Positions 43,831 to 58,390 of a stretch of 64,000 nucleotides of DNA are shown here, piece by piece. Numbering within the stretch: position 1 is the first letter of the stretch; the number at the start of each line of letters is the position of its first letter. Source of the stretch: the human T2T-CHM13v2.0 reference genome, Homo sapiens; the NCBI RefSeq assembly GCF_009914755.1, contig NC_060929.1. One strand, written 5' to 3'. Under the pieces are notes generated by a model. That model had not been told where the DNA came from and searched no databases. It saw only the letters and a program-made list of their open reading frames with translations. A program made the position numbers and the translations under genes.

Positions 43831-44959
43831 CTAAACCCTGTAGTTTCTTAATTCCTAAAGAATCTGTGAACAATTATGAAAAGAGAACCCTAAGTTACTT
43901 GTAATCAGTAATAGAGAAAAGCCCTAAAATTAAATATTCATAAGGCTTTTCCTAAAAATTACATTTGATAGTTATAAAATATAGAAATAAAAGCATCCAA
44001 GTAATATTTTAAAACATACTCTAGAAATCCTAGGAAAATATCAAAAATTTAAAACAAAACAGCCATTTATATTTTAAACAGTAGCCAAAGCAAACCGAGA
44101 GTCATAGGAGAAAAACTGGTTTTGATATTTAGTGTTAGTAATGTCATCATTCTTTATATAGCTTGTTTTAATTAACTCATTTGAAATGAATCTAAAGCTT
44201 TGTGATTTTTGTGTTGCTTGTGATTTCTTAACATTATAATAAGTGCCAAATGTTTGTTAGCATAGTCAACAATTATCCAGACACTATTTTGTTCTTTGTT
44301 TTTCAATAGCTGCAAAAGTACCTGTAAAAGTATTAGTCATATTTAGGCTTCCAAGTTTTCCAGTGAACTAGGAATCTGGCTTCAGCTTGGCAACTAATTC
44401 TGAGACCTTTAGTTGCACATTTGTAAAATGGAATACAGGAAGCTAAGTTACTTGCATATTTAAAGAATCCAAGGCTATCTACCAAAAGTTCTGAGAGGTC
44501 AGTATTGTGACCAGATACAAAATAAGTACACAAAAAGTCATAGTTGCTCTGAAACAACCACATAATTTTTGAAATTATGAAAACATAATTTTTAAGATTC
44601 TAACTCACCAAATATAAATTACCTGGCAATAGCCTTTATAAAGATTTATTAAAATCTTTATGTAAAATTAAGAAAACTGCAACCTATTAAAGGAGTACAT
44701 TGATATACTATGTTTCTAGAATACTTAATTTTTGACAAAAACCAAATTACCTAAAAATTATTTTATAAACCTAATATAATTCAAATAAAAATACCAGTAG
44801 AAGGAGGGAGAGAAACATGCAAACAAATATAGCCACAAAATGTTCTAATAAAAAGAGTAGGGAAACATAATTTCTCACTCCTTAGGTATGGATTACACAT
44901 GGTGACTTCCTTTCAAAGTGTACATCATGGAAAGCAAGAAATAAAAGAGTAACTTCAAG

Positions 44960-45100
44960 CAGAAAAGATAACTGTTAGGTATTGGGCTTAATACATGGAT
45001 GATGAAATAACATGTACAATAAACCCCCATGACACGTTACCTATGTTACAAACCTTCACATATACCCCCAAACCTAAAATACACGTTTATTTAAAAAGAC

Positions 45101-45151
<51 letters not shown>

Positions 45152-45162
45152 AAAGAAAGAAA
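44960..45162 (+). mobile_element. Short L1PA (older primate) 3' end with (GAAA)n tail
   Basis: gggcttaatacatggatgatgaaataac...aaacccccatgacac...aacctaaaata; GAAA repeat at 45101-45162. Confidence 0.8.
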
Positions 45163-45531
45163 GGAGTAATTTTGCAGTGTAGAAACCTGACAAGCACTAC
45201 CTCAGTGAAGTGATCAAGGTCAACATTAACAGTCATAAATCATGTTGCTAGTATGTACCCTTGAAACGATGTGATGCTAATGGCATTTTACATCTAAGGC
45301 CTTTCTCCCAATAACCCATAAGCCCAGTCTTATCATGAGAAAAATGTTGAATTGCAGCCCTGTGACATCTGACCAGTATTCCTCAAAACTGTCAAGGTGA
45401 TCAAAAACAGAGAAATTCTGAAAACTTGCCACAGCCAAGAGTAGGCTAAGGAGGCATGACAACTAAATGTAATATGGTATCCTGAATGGGATTCAGGAAC
45501 AGAAAAAGGATATCAAGTAAAAGCTAAGGAT

Positions 45532-46238
<707 letters not shown>

Positions 46239-47069
46239 TAAAGAAATCTAAATAAATTTTGGACTTTACTTAATAACAACCTATCAGTATTGCTTCATTG
46301 AATATAACAAGTGTACCATACTAATGTAAGATGTTAGTAATACACCAGAGTAGTTTGAGGGTACAAGAACTCTCTGTACTATTTGCTCAATTTTGTGTAA
46401 ATCTGAACTGTTCTAAAAATAGTCTATTAAAAAATACACAAATTTTGAGACATATGTTTAAAAATGAGTAACAGGATCATGATCTTTCCCAGTCAGATAG
46501 ATGCCTAAGTATACAACAGAGTTACAATAATTAAAGCAGCAGTGTACCGTACAGGGTGGATTATTTAAGAAATGAAGTTGGGACAGTGAGGTAGCCATTT
46601 GGGGAAAATAATTAAATTAGAACTTTATCCGACCCACTATACTAAAACAAACTTCTGAACTGATTAAAGATTAACAAATGAAAAAAGAAGAAAGTGCTAG
46701 AAGAAAATATAGGTGGATATTTACATGGTCTCAATGTAGGAAGTGATGTGCCTATGTATTACAGTAGTTCTTGATGAGTTATGGTAATTTTTGTTTACTT
46801 TTTCTTCTTGCCTCTTAGGATTGTCCTACTTTGCAAAAAGAAAAACAAAAACAGTGAATGTATATTGCTGAAGCTATGAAAGTTATAAAAATAAAATAAC
46901 ATTTCTATAATTCTTTGATTCTATAAATAGTGTCTGCCCTCCAAATGGCTTAAGTCTAGTGTAGATAGGACATATTTAGAAATATACGTATAAACCTCCA
47001 AAGTGAGTTGGGATCAAATAAGTTATATGTGTATGATGATGTACACAAAACACTTTGAAAGGGGTATGT

Positions 47070-47520
47070 AGTTGTCTATGCCCATTTATATTTCCATAAA
47101 GGAATGCCTGATGCTGGGTAATTTATTTAAAAAAAAAATGAGGCTTATTTGGCTCACAGCTCTGCAGGCTATACAAGAAGGATGGCACCAGGATCTGCTT
47201 CTGGTGAGGGCCTCAGGCTGCTTCCACTCATGGTAGAAGGCAAAGGGGAGGTGGCATGGGCAGATCACATCATGACAGGGGAGTGAGAGTGAAAGGGAAG
47301 GTGCCAGGTTCTTTTTAACAACCAGTACTCAAGGAAACTGTCATAGCAACTAATAGAGTGAGAGCTCATTCATTACCACAAGATCAGCACCAAATCATTC
47401 ATGAGGGATCCACCCCCATGACCCAAACACTTCTCACCAGGCCCCACTTCCAACACTGGGTATCAAACTTCAACATGAGACTTGGCAGAGCCAAAGAAAC
47501 CATATTCAAACCACAGTAGC
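47070..47520 (-). mobile_element. MSTB-like MaLR LTR
   Basis: ataaaggaatgcctgatgctgggtaattta...tttggctcacagctctgcaggct...atgagggatccacccccatgaccc. Confidence 0.82.
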
Positions 47521-47590
47521 AGTATAATAGAGTATTATAAAAATGTAAATATTCAAATAAGCACAGTTTATATGCAACACATAGACACAC

Positions 47591-47984
47591 TATTATGGAC
47601 TGAATTGTATCTCCCTAAAACTCATATGTTGAAGCTCTAACTGCCAATATGATGGTATTTGGAGGTGGGGCCTTTGGAAGGAAATGCTTAGGTTTAAATG
47701 AGGTCATGAGGGTGCCCCCGCTCTCCCTGCATCCCTGTGTTGTGATTAGTGTCCTCATAAGGAAGGAAGAAACTAAAACTCTCTCTCTCTGGCACATACT
47801 GAGGAAAGCTCATGTAAGGACACAGTGAGAAGGCAGGCATTTGCAATCCAAGGAGAGAGCCCTCACCAGACACTGACTGATGGCACCTTGATCTGGGACT
47901 TCTGTCTGTGAGAAAATAAATTGCTATTGTTTAAGCCACTCAGGCCATGGTATTTTGTTATGGCAGCCCAAGCTAACTAAGACA
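47591..47984 (+). mobile_element. MLT1A/MSTD-like MaLR LTR
   Basis: tatggactgaattgtatctccctaaaactcatatgttgaag...ttgttatggcagcccaagctaactaagaca. Confidence 0.82.
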
Positions 47985-48019
47985 CAAAGTACAAAATAAG
48001 TTAAAATGATAATAAATGT

Positions 48020-48220
48020 TTGGATTGCACTTTGCCATTTGCAGAGCCCTTTCAAATCCATGATGTTTGATCCTCAGGCCACGTGAGGTAAATAGGTTGC
48101 ACATTACCACCCCTCTCCACAGGTGAGGAAACAGAGGCCTGAGAAGCAATGTGACTTTCTCCAGTAATAGTGACTGAATGTAACTCAAATCAAACTCAGG
48201 GCTTCTGAGTGCATACCACA
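48020..48220 (-). mobile_element. MIR
   Basis: acaggtgaggaaacagaggcctgaga. Confidence 0.7.
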
Positions 48221-49094
48221 GAGGTTTCATAGAAGGTGTTAAAGAAATTCAAAGGCAGGAACAAATCCTGAGGCCCAGGGCAGTCAGAAAAGAATTTTAG
48301 GAGGAAATGGGAATTAAACTGGGCTTTGAAAAAAACAGGGACATACACCAGTGGGAAGGAGGCGGAAGGGCGTCCCAGAGAAGTGATGTGGACAAAAGTA
48401 TGCTGCAGCCCACCTATGATACAGAGCAGGTCCTTTCAAAGGATCAGATGTGGGCAAAACTTGAAAATTGTTTGGTCTTGCTGAGATTTTTCTTTAAAAA
48501 TAAAAAGGCTGGTTTTGCTTTTTAAATACAAGTCTCCTTTCAACCCTACCCCTAAAAAACTTAAATCAGATTCATTAAAGTTTGTAATCCACAGTCCCAT
48601 AGAATGACAATCTTAGTAATAACTAGGAGCTATTTTGTTAGGTTTCTTAGAATTCTAACTTAACAGAGAAATTAGAAGCTGTCAACACAGTACACTAACA
48701 CAGTACAGAGACAAATTTTGTGTATGGCAAAATTTCATAAAGAATGGCAAGGTCTTTTAACCCACATGGGGAAGGCTGTCCGAGGACAATATATGTACTT
48801 TCTCCCACCTCAAAGGCTAATCATACACTAGACAGATGTCAATCTTCAAGCAGTTTAACTGGTCCATTTGAGAAAGATAAGTGTTGGATTTTCATATCAT
48901 AAAGTTAGTAGTAGTAGAAATACCTTGTTTCAGCTGTTCGAGTAACTTATTACCCTTTTCTCTGGCATTATCATGTAAGAGTTTATAAACATAATTGCTC
49001 AATGATTTGGAATTATGTATTAATACTATCAAGGAGCAAGGTGAACAAAACCAGAATTCTAGTCAAAGGTTTTGGAGGTGGCTGGCTACTCAGA

Positions 49095-49870
49095 AACATT
49101 TATTTATTCAGCACACATTTATTGAGGGCATTCTTCTTGGCAAGCATTGCTGGCTAGTACAAAGGCCAATTGGTACAAAGGCGAATAACAGAGCCACCAT
49201 AGAGCCAGGTGTGGTGGCACATGTCTATAGTCCCAGCTGCTTGGGAGGCAGAGGCAGGAGGATCACTTGAGCCCAGCAGTTCAGGGCTATAGTGTGCTAT
49301 GATTACTTGAATAGCCACTGCATTCCAGCCTGGGCAACATAGCAAAACCCCATCTCAACAAAAAAGCAGAGCCGCCACCCTCAAGAGCACCTGCAGCCTA
49401 GTAAGGGAGACAGCAGTTACACTGTAGTATGAGGAAGACTAAACCAGAGAGATATTCAAGATTCTCTGCAAGACCAGAAGAGGGTCTTAACCCTGGGGGA
49501 GAAACAGCAGGTCAGATCAGGAAAGGAATCAGGAACCATTTCTAAGATGGAGATAACACTCAGCTAACTGAGAGACAGAAGTGTATAGTGTATATAGAGG
49601 CAGCGAGGAAGAAGGAGAGTGCAGGCGTTTGTTCAGGAAACTTCAAAGAACTGGGATGTCTGGAGCATAGATGTGATGGGAGAAGGAGATGTAACAGGCT
49701 GGAGAGGGAAGCAAAAGCCAGATTATAGAAGCCACATTGGGAATTTTGGGTTTCCTTGTGTAGACAATGGAGAGCCACCAAAGCATTTAAAACAGAAGAG
49801 TTTTCATGGCTACATTTGCATTTTTGAAAAATATAAAAGACCTGAGTATTATGGACCACAAGGTAGTCCT
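49095..49870 (-). mobile_element. L2 fragment interrupted by an Alu monomer
   Basis: atttattcagcacacatttattgagg; ccctcaagagc...ctagtaagggagaca; gtagacaatggagagcca. Confidence 0.7.
49203..49366 (+). mobile_element. FAM/FRAM fossil Alu monomer
   Basis: gctatagtgtgctatgatt..tgaatagccactgcattccagcc is a FAM-type motif. Confidence 0.8.
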
Positions 49871-50079
49871 TAGTAATTCGATGGCTGAGAGGAGATTGCC
49901 AGATATCCACCCTTGCAGAGGCAGGCTGTGGGCCCTTGGTTCTGCTCCTTTTGGACTTCCAGCTGAATGAGGTGTCCCTGCTTAGCATCCCTATTTTAGG
50001 AAGAACTAGAAGAAACTGGAACTGAGATTTCAGATAGCACTGATTAAAGGCAATAAGGAGATAAAAATTTATAGGGGGA

Positions 50080-50400
50080 ATTAATGCTTTTTCTTTTTTG
50101 TAAGTAAGCATTCACCTAAAAGAGTTGTGCCTTTTCCCAAAGATGCTCCCACATTGCTCAAGACATTTCTGGAATTTCTCTTTTGAAATTTCTTTAATGT
50201 CCAACCTGGATTCATGTCTTTTTATGGTTGCATTTTTTAAATTTTGTACTCCAAAATAAGCACTACTCTATCTGATTTCTTATCTTCCTTACTAGACCTA
50301 GCACTGAATTGACTTTTGATGTATTCCCAAAGTTAAATCCATCTTTACAGGATGAAAGTTTTGTTACCTCTGAAGACATAGAAGAAAGTATCTGGTCAAG
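50080..50400. mobile_element. Mariner-like MARNA-type DNA element relic
   Basis: gacttttg...ttcccaaagttaaatccatc...ggatgaaagttttgttacctctgaagacat resembles the MARNA consensus as I recall it. Confidence 0.5.
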
Positions 50401-50989
50401 AAGTTATCAGCTACAAGTTTCTCGACCCTCAGTCTCAGAGACTGCCTATGAAACAGGGGTGATAATAATATTTTTCCTGCCCCCCACCACATTCAGTTAT
50501 TGTAAAGATGCTACCAGACAACATGGGAAAGCTTTTTGTAGAGTGCTGCATCAGCGAGTGCTATTTTTGTTGTCTCACAGTTTGCAGGCAATTCCAAACT
50601 CTGCGTTTACCACATCGTGGTGTCTGTCTGTATGTTCTTACAGATTGTTTACTTCATGGAAGTAGGGCCTGGGTCATATTTGGCTTTGTTTTACCAGTGT
50701 CCAGCGTTGGCAGCATGCATTAAAAGCCCCCAGATGTTTTTTGAATGAATAATTGAGTCTAGCTCATTGCCTTTTCCTCAAATCACATATATCAGAAATA
50801 AATAATGCACTTGAGATTATTCAGTTCAAATAATAGACTCAGAGGCTACTTGAGTTTCTTTGAGTAGTTTGTCATTAGGAACCAGCTGTTCTCCATCTCT
50901 GAAGGGGCAAGGACAAAGGGCTAATGAAATCAATCAATCTGAAAGCATAAAAGCTCTTAAGCTTTATTTCTGTGCCCTTTACTTTGACT

Positions 50990-51180
50990 GCATTTAAAAA
51001 TAACTAGGAACATTTTTTTTAAGTTACTGATGCTGGGACCCCATCCCAGAACAATTAAATCAATACCTTTGGAGTTGGAAGCCTGGCACTGATAGTTTTT
51101 AAAGCTACTTGGTGATTTTAACATGCAACCTGCATCGGATGCAGGGGCTCTAGAAATATGCTTTGAGAAACATTGCTTTA
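50990..51180. mobile_element. MER5-like hAT element
   Basis: ctgatgctgggaccccatcccag...ttttaaagct...ggtgattttaacatgca...tttgagaaacattg. Confidence 0.65.
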
Positions 51181-52319
51181 AACAAATAAAAAATAAAAAA
51201 AGGGGCCCTTCTCTCTAGTTCTACATCAGGTGCTATATGAGATGGATAAGAACATAAGGCATGTTCCCACTGCAGTCTTTTGAGGAAATAAAAACTAGCA
51301 ATCACTAGTATGAGTGAGTGGAAAAGCAACTATCAGTATTTGGTGAGCTGTGAGAAATGAAAAGAGACTTATGCTGAGCCTGAGACTTTCTGCAGAATCT
51401 GGTAGATGTTTTAGGGAGTTTATCATCAAAATATAAGACAGTCTCTACCCACAAAAGGAAGTTGACTCTTAGCTTAGCAAGCCTTCTAGTACCAGCCAAC
51501 AGGCCTGACCAGTACAAAGGGTCTGAAGGCCTTATTCCCAACACAAATCACCATGTTTGGCACCGGGAATGCAACAGTGAACAAGACTCAAACTGTCTCA
51601 AACAACTGAGTCTGTTCACAATCAAGTAAACAGGCAATTACAAAATGGGGAGAATTGATGAAAGAAATGAAATAAGGTTGGTGAGATAGGAAGCACCAGT
51701 TGTTGGAGGACTTTTAAGGGTAGACTGAGGTATTTATTTCAGTCTAATATGATAACCAGTAGTTTCTGATCAAAAGAATGCTATAAAAGAAATGTGGAAG
51801 AAATATTATTTTTTAAGCTTTGGATCTGGGAAGGAAATAGTACAGATGTACAACAATTAGGACACCTGCAACAATCGTAGGGTTGGGTGATAAGTTCCTA
51901 AGTTAGGGTGGCTTGGATGTGGGAAGAAGAGGTTTGTAGACTTCCCAATGAAAAAGATAGCTGTTTATATTATATAAGTAATTTAAATTCATTTAAATCG
52001 GAAATGAATTGCTAATGTTGGAATTCTATATTAGACTACTTATTGTGTGTCTGAGAATCAGTTCCTCTCTTGATATTTCCCATTGATACAAATAGCTATT
52101 GTATCTTAGTCTATTTCACAATTGTGGGAGAACTTTAAAAACTGGATAAGAAGTTAGTGAAGTCAGTCAAGGTCTAGTCCTTTTTGAAAAATCAGTTGTT
52201 TACTTCTGTTTGTAATTTTACACAGCCCCATACCAAAAAAACACCAAAAACAATAACAAAAAAACCACTTTCCTGTCAAACACAACCTCTCTGAAAATAG
52301 TAAACTTCCATATTTTAAC

Positions 52320-52530
52320 ATACTATATATATAATATATACTATATACAATATATAATAGATTACATATTATATATGATATATATAATATATACCATAGA
52401 GATCAGTTATATATAGTGTATATACTGTATATATACTATATATACTATATACCATATGTATAATATATAGCTATATATTATATATAACCATAGATTTTAT
52501 ATATACACTATATATAATATTGTAACACAC
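52320..52530. repeat. TA-rich low-complexity tract
   Basis: Read directly. Confidence 0.9.
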
Positions 52531-54481
52531 TATAAAGTCAATGTTATTTGAGAATCTGAGCCTATGTGAAATTTTTTATTAATCAAACCTAAATTTTTGT
52601 CTTTGCCTTCAAGTGAACAAGCTCTACAATTTTCATATGTAAATGATCAGTGTGTAATTAATTCCAAAAAAATTCACTACTTTTTTTGGGCCAATTCCAT
52701 AAAGAGCCGCAGAGTGGATAGTATTGAGTTATTGGGACATACATGATTGTAAACTATCAGACCCCCTGTACTCAAATTGAGTCCGTATTCTAAATCTTAT
52801 TGTGTATCCTCATAGGAGACTGTAAAGTGCGGGCATGCTTTCAATTCGTACAGTCTGTGATTTATAGAGGCAAGTAGGTCAGGAATTTATTATGCTGAAA
52901 ATCATAATAACTGTTTTGTTTTGCTTTTCACAATGAAGTGACCAAAGCATGTTGAAAGATAAATGGATGAAGCATTTTGATTATGCTTTTATTTCTATTA
53001 AAGGTTAAATATTATTGCCAAGTAACTAGCCATGCTAAGTATTATGATATTAAAGCTGAAGTAGTTTGTAAGCTGATAGCCCTTTCTTTCCTCTGGGTTT
53101 AGGTTTGTTATTAATCAAAATGTTGGACTTGCTTTGTGCAGTGGTGTATGAAACAAACAGTTGAAAAAGACAGCTCCTTTAACTCACGGCTCTCTGCTTT
53201 TTTTCAAATTTGTAAGGAAATCTGTTTCTTCTTGTGGACTTTATGCTGTTATTCATGTGTCTAGAGTTCATTTTTTATACCAGAGCCGACTAAATCCAAT
53301 AGTTGCAAGATTCTCTCATGGCATAGAAAGGAAAAAGGTGCCTTTTTATATTCTTAATTGACAAATTCTGATCAAGTCATTTTTGAAACATGGAGAATCC
53401 CTACTAGAAATGGATATTACAGAAAACCATCTGTATTTCTGGGCAGAGAAAAGGATAATTTTTTAAATAGAAGAATATGTATATGAAGAGGTATTAATAA
53501 GACAGTAAATTTGTTTTCTCATATCAATCCAGGAGTATTGATGAAAGTGTTTTAAAGGGCGTATGATTCCAGCTACACTGGTGTTGGCTTAGACATCAAC
53601 ACAGCCAGCCCGTAAGCACTTGGAACGCTGCTGCTAAGCATGTACTGAAGTGCAGTAGAGGGGTCTAGATGCCCCCGATGTGTGGTAAAGTACCTTTAAC
53701 AGGACAGTCCTACCATTCTTCTGCACTTACTTCTCATCAGTGGTAATATTACAATTTTAAAGGGTGCATTTTGTGGGGGATGCAGCAAAGATTGTAAGAA
53801 GTGTTGAAGAAAAAGGCTACCTCTCAATGACTGGAGAAAAAAAGGCTTAATTTATTACTTAAGTAAAGAGGAGCTGTGCTTTTAGGCACAGTGTCTCCAA
53901 GCAAAGCAGGCTGCAAATCTTACATAGTGTTTTGGGGTCAGGAATTGTTTAGGGGCAGCTATCACCCTCAGAAGCCCCATTATTCGAAAGAAACTATTGT
54001 TGACTGGCTGGCTTTCAGAAGCATATTCACTGGAGCGAGTCTGCAGCCGACAGGCCAACTTTCAAAAGCATGTGGCTATCACTGGTTAATTGGCTTTCAG
54101 AGGTGTATTTACTGAAGTGAGTTGTCACTGATTATTTAGACCTTGGTGAGATATCATTAACTGCATAAATCTGGTTTAATTATTCTTCCAACTGGTTCTA
54201 GTGGTTTACTTAATACCATGGCTGTCGAACAGTCAGCCTTTTTCTGGGAGTTAGAGATTGTCTTACTTTCAGAAGCTAATACCTAAACGCTGTAGGAAAT
54301 TGAACGCACAAGAAAATTAGATTTTGCAACTATTGTACAATACATTTTCTAAATAAGGGTGTCTACTAAAGGAATGGAAGTGTAAAAAGTCAGCAACTCC
54401 ACATGTGAAATAGCATATTCAGGTATTAAGATCAGTTATGAAATTTGATACAAATTATGTATCATTAATAATATAGTTCTA

Positions 54482-54617
54482 AGCATGGTGGCATGCGCTT
54501 GTAATCTCAGCTCCTTGGGAGGCTGAGGCAAGGTGTTCACTTGAGCCCAGGAGTTCGAGACCATCTGGGGCAACATAGCAAGATCTCATCTCAAAAATAA
54601 TAATAATAATAATAATG
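54482..54617 (+). mobile_element. FLAM monomer with (AAT)n tail
   Basis: Single left-arm-like monomer ending ctcaaaaataataataat. Confidence 0.82.
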
Positions 54618-55163
54618 AAGTATAAAAATGTGAATGTGACTTATTCAGTAAATTAAAGTAGATTCTAGATCATCCATATATATCATTTCTACTTATTGCT
54701 TTCCAGTAAGCTTTCTCAGGTGGGACAAAAGAAGGTAGAAATGGTACATAAGTCTCAACTCGCCAGCCCTGGTGAGCAGCAGCTACTGAACCCTTAGTAA
54801 TGATGGTATCACTAAAATTGTGACATTTTATTTCCCTCCTAAAATCTTTTTAGGATTCTTCAAAATCTAGGTATACCCATGTGAGTTTGCCACACAAGTA
54901 AATTTCACTCATCATTTGTGCTGCTGTAGAGAGAAAAGAGTGAGGGATCTTCACTACTGCCTACCTACTACCCAGATCTCTGCTTATATGGGGGAAAAGA
55001 TATTAGCATCATATTTGGGTTTCATCTGAAAGTTACAACAGGCATATAAGAAGTATTAATCCTACAGTTTAACCCTATCTGCTGTGATGAAGAAAAGTGT
55101 GTATAGGATATAACTGGTAGGAAAAGACTTAAGAGTTTTATTTGTATGAAAATTGAACTTTTC

Positions 55164-55517
<354 letters not shown>

Positions 55518-56281
55518 TTATTCCTGGCACCTCATATGGGGCACAGCTAATTACCAACATATTTCGCTGATCCTAAAGATAGCTAGCTTATGACTTCTCA
55601 GGATTCCAGCATATGCTGATACCTTAAGACCAGTAAGCTTTTGATGAAGTAAGAAAGCAGGATTCGTTAGATTCGTTGTAATCAACAGTAGAAGGAAATT
55701 AGTCCATAGAGTTATGTCAAAAGTTTAGTTTCCTTTTGTATGAAGAAAATATTTTTTAAACCAGCAAATTCCCCAGGAAAGAGAGTCATAACACCATTTG
55801 AACATCATTTTTAAATTACCTTAATGTATTCCCAACTCTTGACCCATGTAACTGTTGAAATTTTTAAAAATCAGATAGGGCTGGCTTATTGTCTTGAGTT
55901 TTGCTCTGCAACCTGACTCACTCTGGCTAAAGGAATGTGTTCTTTAAAGGAAGCAGACAGTGTCCTCTGAGTTTACTTTGAGGAACACTTCTGTATAGAA
56001 CTCTTTTAACCTCCCAACAGGGGAGAAACCTCAAGTGAAGACTGAGGCAAAGAGACTCTCTACTAGAAATACAAACCAGCAGAACAAACTCCAGACATGT
56101 TTTTCAAATTTAAGGGTTTTCTGAGAAGTTGGTTTCCATGTGGTGTAAGCACCAGTAAACAACAAACCCATCTTAGTGTTCTATATGCTTATGTTTCATT
56201 ATGTCGATGATAGTAGAGTATAGAATTTCTACTGTAAGTTCCCATGCAAGAAATCACTGAACCATCTCTCTCCCTATTTAG

Positions 56282-56444
56282 GATGTCACATGTACTTCAG
56301 TTTGAGGATAAAAGCAGAAAAGTGAAAGATGCAAGCATGCAAGACTCAGATACATTTGAAATCTATGATCCTCGGAATCCAGTGAATAAAAGAAGGAGGG
56401 AAGAAAGCAAAAAGCTGATGAGAGAGAAAAAAGAAAGAAGATAA
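56282..56444 (+). CDS. CWC27: CWC27 terminal coding exon (163 nt), (W)MSHVLQFEDKSRKVKDASMQDSDTFEIYDPRNPVNKRRREESKKLMREKKERR*
   Basis: Acceptor ctctctccctatttAG at 56280-56281, preceded by a branch-like CACTGAAC. It overlaps ORF 56244..56444 and ends at TAA 56442-56444. Confidence 0.95.
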
Positions 56445-56705
56445 AATGAGAATAATGATAACCAGAACTTGCTGGAAATGTGCCTACAATGGCCTTGTAA
56501 CAGCCATTGTTCCCAACAGCATCACTTAGGGGTGTGAAAAGAAGTATTTTTGAACCTGTTGTCTGGTTTTGAAAAACAATTATCTTGTTTTGCAAATTGT
56601 GGAATGATGTAAGCAAATGCTTTTGGTTACTGGTACATGTGTTTTTTCCTAGCTGACCTTTTATATTGCTAAATCTGAAATAAAATAACTTTCCTTCCAC
56701 ATTAC
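56445..56705 (+). other. CWC27: CWC27 3' UTR (to the proximal polyA site; end approximate)
   Basis: Unique U-rich sequence after the stop codon, up to AATAAA at 56679-56684. Confidence 0.7.
56679..56684 (+). terminator. Polyadenylation signal AATAAA (proximal)
   Basis: First AATAAA after the stop. UGUA motifs lie upstream and a GU-rich tgtttgtgtcctttt lies at about 56732-56746. Confidence 0.7.
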
Positions 56706-56848
56706 ATGTTAACCATTGCAGACTGCAAGCCTGTTTGTGTCCTTTTACCCTAAAATATATGAAGGCTTCCTTTTCAAGATTTTTTTATAAGAAGTTCCTA
56801 CAGAAAGAATATTTGTGGGAAACCTCCCTTTCACTAACTTCAGAATAT

Positions 56849-56868
56849 AATAAAATATTATAAATAAA
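56849..56868 (+). terminator. Possible distal polyA signals (AATAAA at 56849 and 56863)
   Basis: Two hexamers in an AT-rich patch followed by ggggtttttttg at about 56890. Confidence 0.45.
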
Positions 56869-57184
56869 ATATAGAATATAAATATGGATGGGGTTTTTTG
56901 CATATAAATATTTCAAAATATCCAAGCCAGCACAACTCAATATCCTCATGCCTTCAGTCTTGAGGAACCCCCAAGTGAACATTCACACCTCCATGCAGGC
57001 CAGTGCCTGGGTTTTATGGGCACAGTCAAGATACTTTAACACTCTAAGTAACATCAGCCAGGCTCACTGCATGCCCAGCCTGACATCTGGCCCCCTGCCC
57101 ACTCCTCTGCCCTTCTCAGCACAGCGATACCAAGAGCAGATGCAGAGGTCTCATTCTGACGATAAAAACTCATTAAGAATTTAG

Positions 57185-57568
<384 letters not shown>

Positions 57569-57701
57569 TGAATGCTAAAATTATATCACGGGCTAATTCC
57601 ACTAACCTGATAAAATCTCACCAGCTACTTCTTTTCAGATCATGTCTCATCAGCTCTCTCTTTCAGAATGTAATCTGATAGGCTTTCTCTAGAGCATAGA
57701 G

Positions 57702-57850
57702 CACTGGTTCTCAAAATGTAATCCCAGATGCAACACTACAGCAGCAGCATCACTTCAGAACATGTCAGAAATGTAACTTCTCGGCCATGCCACCCACCAC
57801 TACCACCTCTCTTTCAGACTACTGAATCTGAAACTTTGAACCCTGAGGGC
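57702..57850. mobile_element. MER5A-like
   Basis: cactggttctcaaa...cagcagcagcatcac...gtcagaaatg...tactgaatctgaaact. Confidence 0.7.
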
Positions 57851-57889
57851 TCGTTAAACAGATGGATGGGCCTCACTCCTGGTGGTTCC

Positions 57890-58390
57890 ACCTCTTTTGA
57901 TATTGGCAATATCTAGTGAAGTTAAAAATGTGTATATCCAATAACCCAAAAATTCTAATTCTAGGTCCTAGGAATCCTAAAGAAATTCTCACATATTGCT
58001 CAAGGAAAGGAGTACTAAGTTATAAACTAAAGCATCAATCAAAGAATGGATAAATAAGTTGTTGAATAGTCATACTATGGAATACTTTATAGAGGTGAAA
58101 ATCAGTAAACCAGAGCTATATGTAGTAGCAGATCTTTAAAATAATGTGGAAAAAAAGGAAACCGCCTATATAAAAATTAAGACACAATTCATTATGATAT
58201 ATTGTTTATGAATGTACACATATGTAGAAAAGTATAAAAACACATGTGGAAATAGTGTTTGCCTCTGAGAAGGAATTCACAGGGAGCTCACTTGTGTTTG
58301 TAATGTTTTATTTTTTAAGTGCTGGATGGTAGATACTCAGTTCTCATTTTCTGTACATTTTGGAATATCTGAAATATTTCACAATTTTTT
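57890..58390 (+). mobile_element. Old L1ME-like 3' fragment
   Basis: aaagaatggataaataagttg...catactatggaatact. Confidence 0.65.

Noticed and set aside
49560-50111. Longest ORF (183 aa, minus strand)
   Set aside because: It overlaps an L2 relic, has a non-ATG start and shows no recognisable domain; chance ORF.
56385-56390. AATAAA inside the terminal coding sequence
   Set aside because: It encodes Asn-Lys, and the downstream sequence is purine-rich with no GU/U element, so it is unlikely to be a polyA site.
56278-56700. 140-aa antisense ORF over the last exon
   Set aside because: It is an antisense shadow of the purine-rich exon and UTR, with no supporting promoter or splice signals.
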